From positions 374,418,001-374,482,000 of the forward strand of contig OZ024742.1 in the NCBI GenBank assembly GCA_964016885.1: a stretch of DNA of 64,000 bases. The letters run 5' to 3'. Position 1 is the first letter of the stretch; each line of letters starts with the position of its first letter. The DNA comes from Eledone cirrhosa (taxonomy: Eukaryota). Shown here piece by piece: positions 53,336 through 64,000 of the stretch. The position numbers and the translations under genes were made by a program. The notes below the pieces were generated by a model that saw only the letters and a program-made list of their open reading frames with translations, did not search any database and had not been told where the DNA came from.

Positions 53336-53583
53336 ACCTGTTGGTTTTCACTTCAATTTATTATAAATTTTCGGTTGGTTGGTTTGATAACTGGATGGTT
53401 GTTTATATATTGTCAAAACTCTTTTGTCACACATTCTGTGACCTCCTCAATGACTGGGTTTTTATTGTGTCTCTCCTGCGGTCTGTCCTACACCATCTTG
53501 TTTTTGTGACCCTCACACAGTATAATAAAATCTGTTTCAACGCACATTTTCAGATAAGAAATCTTGCAAAGCAAATTCAAAAG

Positions 53584-54218
<635 letters not shown>

Positions 54219-54869
54219 GACAAGCTTCTGCAGTTTCCACCTACTAAATTCCATTGATAAGGCATTGGCCAATCTAGGGTCGCAATAAAAGGCCCTTGCC
54301 CAAGGTGCTCTGTAGTTGGGCTGAACCCAGAACCCCTACTTGCAGAGTTTGTGTAATTCTTGGTATTTGATTGTAGCAGAATTACAAAAATAAAAATAAA
54401 AACATAATAGTTTAATTTTCTAGGACACCTCCCTACTCCCCACCATCGGCCCGGAGTTGGATACCCAGAGGTGTGAGCCTTGCAAGCTGGAATAGCTCTT
54501 CCAGCATGTCTCCTTCACTATCCTTCTCTGTTTTGTCTGCCAGGACCGTGGGGTGACCAGCGTGTGGGTGAGAGGCAGTAAGAGAAAGAGAGAGAACATC
54601 AATTGACACACACAGTTGATAAGACAGCGATATATGTTATTTTGAGGGGGAGATTCAAATGAAACAGTTCTAGTCCTGTAGAGGTCATCTCTTTCTATTA
54701 CTCTCTCATTTGTGATTTTCTAAACATAACAAAAAACAAAATATTATTGAATTAGTTTACTCTGTTACATGTTCCGGCCAACGGGTTGAAGCCATGCTGG
54801 GGCACCACATATGATTTTATTATGTATAATATTGCCGCCTTCTTACATATGTGACTGTCATTTTTGTTG

Positions 54870-55350
54870 GGGTGTTGGGTAGATTGTCAGTTGTTAGTGT
54901 CAGACAAATGCTAAGTAGTATTTGTTCTGGTTCTTTACATTCTGAATTCAAATCCTGCTGAGGTCAACTTTGCCTTTTGTTCTCCTGGGGTTGATAAAGT
55001 ACCAGTACAGTAGTAGGGTGTAGAGGTGTGTGCCCTAGTGGTAAGGGTGTTGGACTTACGATCATAATGTTGTGGGTTCCATTCCTGGACTGGGTTGTGT
55101 TGTGTTCTTAAGCAAAAAAACTTCATTTCCCGTTGCTTCGGTATACTTACCTGAAAATGAGTACCAGAAATAACGGGTGTTTTACCTGTTGTCCTGTCCA
55201 GGAGGGTGTCTTGTACACTCAGTTGGGATAAGTACCAGCTTGATGAGCCACCAGGCTCGGGTCAGACTTTAGATAGTACTAAGGTTGATTTAATCGACTT
55301 CTCCTCCCCTAAAATTGCTGGCCTTGTGCTGAAACTAGAAATGATTAAAT
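54870..55350 (+). mobile_element. Nin-like SINE interrupted by a CORE-like SINE (about 55016-55270)
   Basis: Nin-like domain breaks after AAGTACCAGTACAGTA and resumes at CTAAGGTTGATTTAATCGAC. Confidence 0.65.
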
Positions 55351-57762
55351 AAATGAAATGGGCTTCAGTAATGTTACGCTCTGCTAAATTAGGGTTGACC
55401 TTTATAATGCTTAATATTTTAGTATACATGATGTCATGCCATACTCCTGCAGAACCCTTCACAGCAGGTCCTGTGGAATGTAGTCATATGCCTTTTCATG
55501 GTCTCTAAAGCAAGAATAAACCTCTTAGCAGTACTCCCATGATTTCTCAAAGACCTGTCGCAGTGTGAATATTTGGTCAGCTGTGCTGTATCCAAGGTAA
55601 AAACCCCACTTCATCAGCTCGCTTGGATTCAACAATCTCCCTACTTCTCTTTGCCAGACACTTAATATAGACTTTAGCAATCTCTTAGTTGGTACTGTTG
55701 GTGGGGCTGATTTTTTAAAAGAAATGTATGAAGCAGCAGATATTCATTAAAACAATATTTTGTTATATAATGCATCAGTATCTCTTGTTTCTATCAAAGA
55801 GAAATTCTGAATTTAAACCATGTTATGGTTATTTAAGTTTGAAGAGAAACTGAATTTAATCTAGCAATTCTTCAAATCAGTTTTTGGGGATGTCACATTT
55901 TGTATTGAATTTGTGATAGAATTTGTGTATTTTTTTATATACTTAGCCATGCATTATGCGTGTTCATGCAATCAGAGTATATATTTTATAAGAGTGTGAC
56001 ATTACTAAAGCCCATTTCATTTTTTAACCCAAATCATTAAAGTTGTTAATACATATCTTGGAGGGGAAGTATTAGTTGTGGGTGTAAATGTTGGTATAAC
56101 TAAATATTTAGCCCTTTATCGTTTACATTACTCTATATGTACTATTGTATTTTCACAGTAAAGACTTTATCTTACATAATTATTTCACATAATATCGAAT
56201 CTATGAGATTTTGATATTATTTATTTTGAGAACAATACCTTAACATCAGTATGAGCGGCTGGCTACAGCTGGTTTAAACAGAGAGGTGACAGTTATGGCT
56301 GGTTTAAATGCTAAACATTTAAATCCATGTTGTGGTTTCTATACTCACAAGCCTTCACTCAGGTACATGGCTTAGTGGTTAAAGAGTTAGGTTGACTATC
56401 GTGAGGTTGTGAGTTCGATTCTAGAGCTGAACGATGAGTCCTTCAGCAAGACACTTTATTTCACGTTCCTCCTTCTTCCAGTTGTGACCAATATTGGAAA
56501 GACTAATGTTCCACCTCACTCTGTGATTAAGGTCTGGGATCTTGTCAGTTTGGATCAATACATACTGGGGCCACAAATTGGTCGAGCAGTTAGTGCCAGA
56601 TTGAATGTTTAGTGTTATTCATTCTGGCACTCAGTTCAAATCCTGTCAAAGTCAACTTTTTTTTTCTTTCTTTTTTCAAGGTTGATAAAAAATTTAAAAA
56701 ACATACCATGACATGCCATGTATCACAATTGTGCCCCTGACTCCATTAAAATTAAATTGTCTGTTTTTTATAGGTAGTAGTAGTAGTAGTACTGATCTAC
56801 CAATTCTGGTTTTACCTGTTCTTTCATGGCTGTATTTCTAATGAAATATACTCTATTTTAATTAATTACTGAAGAATTTTTATGTCATCATCATCACTTA
56901 CTAAAATTATTATTTCATTACTAAGATAGTAACTTAATGTAAGGTTCTTATATAAAATTATGTTGGAAGATTTTGATTTAAATTGGAAACTTTTAGAAGA
57001 GGTAGTTGTATTTCATAGAACCAGAGCTGGTTTTGGCCAGGTTGGTAACTAAAGGGTTAATGTCTGTTTTCCCTGCTAGCAAGGGCTGGACATTCCATCA
57101 CAGGCAAGTCAGTACTCAAGTGGAACCTCTGACCTCCAAATGGGTCAGGGAGGAGGGGAGGTGACACATGACCCTGTGCTCTACCGAGTCCACTTTATCA
57201 TGGCAACAACACTATGAAGATTGTCATGTCTTTGGCTATAGTGAATAAATAGATATTCAGTATTTGGTAGGTGCAGAGTTTTACACCTCAACTCTAACAT
57301 TCCATTTCTATCAGCAAGTATGTGGCTGCTAATGACTAAATCACTACAATTAACTACCTGAAATTCTAGGTAAGAATATAAACAACAGTTTTGATGATGG
57401 TGGTGATGTTAGTAGTAAAGTCTGTCTGAAGCCAGAAGAATCGTAAGGCCGGTACTTATCCCGGTTTTGTGGCGTGAAGCGGCTAAGAGTACGTGACTAC
57501 CCCCTGGACAAGATGCTAGTCCATCACAGGGTTAAAGTCTGTCTCAAGCCAGAATTTCTTGGCATATTTTAAAAAATTTATTTCATTCAATTCAGTGTTT
57601 TATTTAGATTCCTGCTCGCCTTCTTGAGTTTCATATTTATGGTAAATTGTTAAATTGGAATATGTAATAGTCAAGCAATGCATCAAATGTGTCTGGCACC
57701 AAAACCTACACAAGCAGGGAAATTGGATGTTGACAATGATGATGATTTATATATATATATAT

Positions 57763-57844
57763 GTTAGAATTTGCTTACAGACCAAAAATTAAAAGTTCAA
57801 GGCATTTAATCACTTCAATTTTTGGTCTGTAAACAAATTGTAAC
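57763..57844. repeat. Fold-back inverted repeat (~33-bp arms) flanked by TA
   Basis: GTTAGAATTTGCTTACAGACCAAAAATT / AATTTTTGGTCTGTAAACAAATTGTAAC. Confidence 0.85.
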
Positions 57845-59033
57845 TATATAACGCCTCTGCATGATCCTTTCATTGCATTGTGCTAAAATACACCTAGTAA
57901 ATGAGTAAAATTTACTCTCAATAATATTACTATATCTTCAAATATATATATATATATATATTGGCTGGGTAGTTTGTCACAGTTGAAGGCTAGACAGGCT
58001 AGAGAACCACATATTACTCATACATTCCATTTTGTGGCCTGCTCTCTCCAAGGTCAATTATTTTACTGTCTGTACTTGGTCCATTTTACCATGGTGCCAT
58101 CCCTAGTGAGGTTGTTGTTCTCTCAACAGGGCAAGATGGAACCTCTCAATCCTATGACATATCCGTTTAAATGCCAACCACTTTATAAAGCGTGCTAGGT
58201 ACATTTTATCATGGCACCAACACTAGAAAGTTTGCTTTGAATCCTGAAAGATTAAGGGAATACTCACTCCCTAAACAGACCCTGTACAATGCAGTGGAAT
58301 GCAATCAAGGGACTGGAAGAGAGCAATGACAAGGAAGATAGGGTGAGGGAATGAGGTGAGAGAGACATACTGAATTGGTCTCATGGGGTGAGGGAGACAT
58401 GTAATAGTAGAGAGGGAAGCACCGGTAGCTGCATGTTTGTTGAGAGAGAGCAAGTGTTGGGCAGTGGATATTGTTAGAAGTGGCCTTCATGTCAGAACAT
58501 TATGGCTGCAATCTCAGAACATTATGGCTGCAATCTCAAAAGGTTCTGTTCAAAGAACAACTTAAGCTTACACCACATATGTCTAGTGTTTTAGAAAAAT
58601 CCGTTTCTTGTTAGATGTCGGGACACTGCATCCTTCAAAACCTCCATGCTTCCTGATATTACCTGATATTCCCCCTCCATACACACGCACACATGTGTGG
58701 TGTGTGTGCCTGTGTATGACTCAGACACTGTTCACTTTCCTCACATTTGTACATTGTTCTATGCACCTTTGATGAGTTGTAGTGCACCTGAGCACTGTGC
58801 ACAATAATTTTCATTATTATAAATTTAATTCATAAAAAGTATTTCTGTCTTTAACTCCAATATTATTGTGTATTTAGAACATATTCCTCCTGCTTATTTT
58901 CATTCCATTTTGTTCTGTTGTGTGGGTCTCTCATTAGACCCAGTAAAGTGACCTGAAGGACAATATATATGACAGGTCAGATTCAAAAGATTGTCATAGG
59001 TGATTATGATGAGTGATGTTTTTGTGCCATCAG

Positions 59034-59170
59034 GTTGCCGTCAAGACCTCAGGTGTACTTGGACCCCATACTGCCGAGCTCCTCCACAAGATGGGAGCAT
59101 CAGCAGCTTGTCTGAGGATGGTGGCTGCTGCAGCGGGTGTTGCTGGCCATTGTCTGCGAAAGTGCAGCCC
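59034..59170 (+). mobile_element. Second, more decayed CRE-like C-terminal relic
   Basis: VAVKTSGVLGPHTAELLHKMG, then after a frameshift WLLQRVLLAIVCESAA; collinear with the 40012 relic. Confidence 0.5.
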
Positions 59171-60980
59171 CAACACCGCCGCACCTTAGGGCCATCACCC
59201 TCTCCCCTCCTTCTGTGGTCCTAAAATCCTTGCTTTTCCTCTACTTTCCCATACAGCCAGATCTGCCCTTCTTTACCCCTTCCCCATTTTCTCATTACTT
59301 AATTTTGCTTTTATCTTTCTTTTTCGTACTTATTTATAACTATAACATTAAATAAAAAATAAATTAAGAGTTCATGTCATGACTAGCCTGTGATGTACTA
59401 TACCAGATATTTTCAGGATCTCACTGATTATTCCTAATGGTCCAGCTGTATTTCCTGCTTTTATATCCTTCATCTACTGTAGTACTGTCCAACTCGTTAA
59501 ATTTCACGCTCTAAACTTTTGAAGTTTCATGAGTAATCTCCCCTGCACCATTCAATTTTTTTTTCTCTTATTCTTATTAAAATATAGTGTAGCCCCGGCA
59601 TTCAAGGTCCCGGTTATTCACGGAATTTTCCTTAGAACCTAATTAATAATTGCTCATGGAAACCACCGCATATTCGCAGGATCGAAGATATCTTCCGCAA
59701 TTTTTTTGTGGGTTTTTTCTTGGCAATATTTTTTCAAACCTTTTAATGCTAAATTATTAACAATATACCGTATTTGCCCTATTGGGCCTATATCTTACGT
59801 TATAACGTTTAGAGACATTTTTTATGGACCACGTCCAATATTCGCGGGTGCTCTAGGAGCGTAACCGAGGCGATAGTATATAGATTTTATCAGTCAGTTG
59901 CTCGATTTATGCATTTTTTTAGTCTGTTAACAGCTATATTTGATAATTCTATTATATTCTTTTATATTTCATTTACATGTTTTATGATGGGGGAAAATGG
60001 CTGGCTTTCGTTTGCACATAGTTTTTCTATCATTACTTTCAACAAATCACTATGAGCATGTTTTCACAATATTTGTATAAATTCACAGCCCCTGTACTTC
60101 TTTTTCCTAATAAATTGTTAAGCTTTATCTTTTAACAAATATGTATACTCTTAGGTCCTAAATAATAGGAGGGGGTGGAATAAGTGGGGGCATGTTGGAA
60201 AATCAGTATTTTTCTAGGTTGTCGCCGTTGATTTAAAAAAAAAAACAGAATTAGTTGTTTAGTTTACATATTGAGACTCCAACCCATCCTATTTATTTTA
60301 TAACATATGGGATTTCTAGTAATGTACTTTTTTTTGTCGTGTATAATGTTTTTTTTATGTCTAAAAGAAAATTAATTGTTCCAGGGATGCTACTACTTAA
60401 AATAAAATTTTGCTGGAGATAGATCAGCAAACTTTAATAAGCAGGTGGGTGGGTGGTCTGAAAAATCAATAAGTTGGAGAAGGGGGTGATTATGTGAGAG
60501 TATGTATGTATATATATATATATCATCATTTTACGTTCGCTTTTCCCTGCTTACAAGGGTGGGATCATCATCATCATCATCATTTAACATCTATCTTCCA
60601 CGCTAGTATGGGTTAGACGGGAGTTGTTCCACTTGAGGCAAGGTTGGTCGGCTGACCATGTCTCACTTGTATAGGACTGTCTGGCAGGTTTTCTACTGCT
60701 GGATGCTCTTCCTAACACCAACCACATTTACAGTGTAGAACTGGGAACTTTTTACCGTGTTACCTACACGGCCACATTACAGCGTGGACTGTGTTTTTTT
60801 TTGTTGTGACACCTACACGATCTCGATCTCATTTATTTGGACTGGATGTTATGGTACCAACTTTACAGAGAGAGGGTGGTGTTAGTGGGAGGATAGGGTA
60901 GGGGTAGTGGTTTGGGGTGTATATTTGGTTAAGAGGTGCCTACTGACTGTAGGTTTCGCTTTGGATATATATATGTGACT

Positions 60981-61315
60981 GGAGGCACATGGCTTAGTGG
61001 TTAGAGCGTTGGCCTTGCAATCGAAAGGTTGTGAGTTCAATTCTCAGACCGGGTGATGTGTTGTTTCCTTGAGCAAGACACTTTAGTTCACATTGCTCCA
61101 GTTTACTCAGCTGTAGAAATGAGATGATAGGACTGGGGTCCATATCATTCCACTGAAAAGTGGTCGTGGAGGTGCCACGGCAAAAAAGCACCCAGCACTC
61201 ACTGTAAATGAGGTTGGTGTTAGGAAGGGCATCCAGCTGTAGAAATCATGCCAGAATCAGTTCGCGTCCCACCCTTGCAAGCAGGGAAAAGCGGACGTAA
61301 AATGATGATGATGAT
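60981..61315 (+). mobile_element. Young tRNA/CORE-like SINE
   Basis: TGGCTTAGTGG (A box), GAGTTCAATTC (B box), CCTTGAGCAAGACACTT, (GAT)n tail. Confidence 0.85.
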
Positions 61316-62203
61316 AATGCATCTCCAGTTTGGATATTACTAATCAAAGTAGAATTCAATGCATACTTTAGTGCAGAGTAGATATGGAGAGAAAACATCT
61401 GAAAGTGGTTCCTCTCCATTTTGGCAGAATTGCCGGCTATGGCTAATGTCTCCAAGAAATCCCTTCAGGGTCAATGACTGTTACAGTTTAACTTCAGCTA
61501 AGGGTAGCTATATTTACACACTGATAAGTTACTTCCATTGCCTGGGTAAACACGCCACTCTGCTCCTCACCGCACTCCTACAATTTGAGAGACTCTTAAT
61601 TACCAACCTTGAGACTGTGCTATATAATTATTGATGTTGCTATTGTTGTCATTGATGTTGTAGTTATTAGTAACACTGATCACACACACACATACTTTGA
61701 TTACCTGTACAGGCATTATTTATTAGAATGCTGTTAAAGTGAAGGGTGTATACATTTTTTGTGGACACCCTGTGTATATATATGTATGTGTATGTACATG
61801 TGTGTGTGTGTGTATGAAAATGGTATAATTTATAGAGCATTATGAGATATGTAGGTACAATGGTAATAGAAACCTAGAGATAGAAGGGGGGGGGGGGCAA
61901 AGGAATGACAAAACAATGTTTCTATATTTCCCATAGTATTTCAAGGTGAAGACTTTCTTTCCAAACGACACATGAAGAAAAATGAATTGTCCTGTTCACA
62001 TGAACTTTTCCTGTATCGTGTGTGAGAGTGACAGTTGCCTGATGTGTGCAAACTGGTTGTAACAGTCAGTCTGTTCCAATTTACTGTGGATGTGTGTGTA
62101 TATATATATATATATATATAAAAGGTAAACAAAAGTAACAACACAACAGTGCAGTATTTGGAAGGAATATACTAGGTTCACGCTTGAAATAGCAAGAAGA
62201 GGG

Positions 62204-62239
62204 TCTTAATGTTTCGAAGACTAGTCCTTCATCAGAAGA
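62204..62239 (-). ncRNA. Minimal Penelope-type hammerhead-like motif
   Basis: Reverse complement TCTT-CTGATGA-AGGACTAGTCTTC-GAAAC-ATT-AAGA. Confidence 0.45.
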
Positions 62240-62620
62240 AAGAATGTGAAATTGGAAACATATTTATTATATATATATGTGTGTATACACTTACAGAAAA
62301 TATTGATGCAATTCAATTGAAGCACTCGGCATTGTGTTACTTCTTCCAAATAAGATGGACGGAATATAATTAAATTGAGTCCATTATTAATAAAGCTGTG
62401 ATATATATTTTAATGACGATGGTGGCCACTTCATTTTAAGTAACCATTCACGTGATCTCATTAGACAGCAACATTAAGTAAAAGGTTACGTTTTCGAGTA
62501 ATCCAGACCAAGATGCAAGGGAGAAGACAAAAATTTGTTTTTGTTGGGATTATCATCTACAACTTCGCATTTAAACGAAGATGATGATGATATATCATAT
62601 ATATATATATATATATATAT

Positions 62621-63090
62621 ACTAGCAGAAAAACCACCCTTCGGGTGGTTTTCTGCTAGCATGTGTAGTGTGTATATTGATATTATACGCAAGTATATAT
62701 ACATGTAGATATGATACATCAAATGAAATCGTAATTGACAATATACACAGAAATTGAAGGGAGACTTTCTTCTGTAATCAGTAAAGTAATCCATGATACA
62801 TTTAAAATAGATGATATTATATATAAACTGCATTAGGAGAAATTTGGTGACAGAAATATATGAATGTTTATTTAAACGATTGCTAACCAGAAGTGTTGAC
62901 ATTTGAACATTTTAAAGAAATGAATCTTTAAATAAGTAATAAAATATATTTAATGAACAGCCATGAAATTTAGTAGATAAATTATGTAATTTTCATTCAT
63001 TATTTATTTAAAAGTAATCCACCTTGTTTTACTAAGGGGATAAAAAATTATAAACCGTACGCAGTCCCGCGCTCCTTGCTTTATTATAGT
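62621..63090 (+). mobile_element. DINE-1/Helitron-like non-autonomous element
   Basis: Starts ACTAG plus a hairpin after (TA)n and ends GCTTTATTATAG before (TA)n. Confidence 0.4.
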
Positions 63091-63106
63091 TTATATATAT
63101 ATATAG

Positions 63107-63776
63107 ACTAGCTAAACTACCCGTTCCTTTGGACGGTTCAAGTAGCTTTCGATGTAGCTCATTAAACTAAACAAAGTAAATTTGAATATGTAGAAGAAAA
63201 ACGTACTTTATGTAAACATGAAAACCTTTGGCACTATTCCAGCGAAATAATTAATGTGAGCTCGGTGTCTTTTTTTACTACAGTAAAAGCACATCATGAA
63301 ATAGAGAAGTGAAGTGAATAACAGACACTATTATGTACAAAGCATAATATTGTATAAGTTATGACATCACTTAATGTATGAACATCAAGCTTGAAACGAT
63401 AAATTATACAATGTCAAATCTATAACTTAACTTAGTAATCTGTTAGAAATTGCTGGTTGTGAAATATACAAAATGGCATTGTTAGTCTCAAGGAAGCGTA
63501 CCTTTTGTTTCAAGTACAAAGAGTAAATTAAAATCTGAATGAGCGGAATTACGAAAGATAACTCTTGTCTTACCTAATCACAAACATTCACACAAATAAC
63601 CAAAATTTTGTTATGTCTCCAAAGGCCCGAATATCGATTTTTGAAAGCCTTTGTAGATCATGTACAGGTTTTGTGCAAGAAGCTGCTCTAAAAAATTTCT
63701 AAGAGATTGCATGAATGGTTTAGAAGATATGAATCCTCATTAAAAATTGTCCACATACACATACAGAAAACTTCAT

Positions 63777-63785
<9 letters not shown>
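63107..63785 (+). mobile_element. Second DINE-1/Helitron-like element
   Basis: ACTAGC...ACCCGT..ACGG head; ACATAC..ACATACAGAAAACTTCATCTTTATATAT tail. Confidence 0.45.
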
Positions 63786-63825
<40 letters not shown>

Positions 63826-63908
63826 TTCCCGTCCCACCCTTGCAAGCAGGGAAAAGCGGACGTAAAATGAAATGATGAATGATGATGATATATATATCGT
63901 ATATATAT

Positions 63909-63943
<35 letters not shown>

Positions 63944-64000
63944 TATACTCTTTTACTCTTTTGCCTGTATCAGCCATCCGGCTGAGGCCATGCTGGGGCA

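Noticed and set aside
59585-60500. Two possible DNA-transposon relics (59585-59880 and 60146-60500)
   Set aside because: Terminal repeats too degenerate to define or classify by eye.
60981-61055. tRNA gene
   Set aside because: A and B boxes belong to a SINE head that continues into a CORE-like domain; multiple dispersed copies.
61330-61570. Penelope GIY-YIG endonuclease remnant on the minus strand
   Set aside because: Only vague motif resemblance (GNS.K..RNH); too decayed to support without a search.

Overview
AT-rich, repeat-dominated eukaryotic genomic DNA. The SINE/LINE repertoire and (TA)n abundance suggest an octopod cephalopod, which is an inference from recalled repeat families. The window lies inside one large + strand gene. 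Five GT-AG exons (20903-34724) splice in frame into the N-terminal half of a DZF domain most similar to ZFR/Zn72D; the upstream zinc-finger exons and the rest of the DZF domain are not in the window. Bases 1-18478 are a 45/47-bp satellite of about 400 units. It has higher-order structure (2008-bp and 9607-bp periods) and six copies of one 122-bp internal inversion. The introns hold a 5'-truncated L1/Tx1-clade LINE with a putative microsatellite TSD, many RTE relics, two CRE-like endonuclease relics, tRNA-derived SINEs, TTAA- and TA-flanked MITEs, DINE/Helitron-like elements, and several minisatellites grown from TE fragments. The most unusual signal is at 24.8-26.1 kb: a ~300-bp non-coding element repeated in alternating orientation. 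It carries three hammerhead-ribozyme-like cores whose stem II shows compensatory changes, next to a Y-shaped hairpin. Almost all ORFs in the supplied track are spurious.
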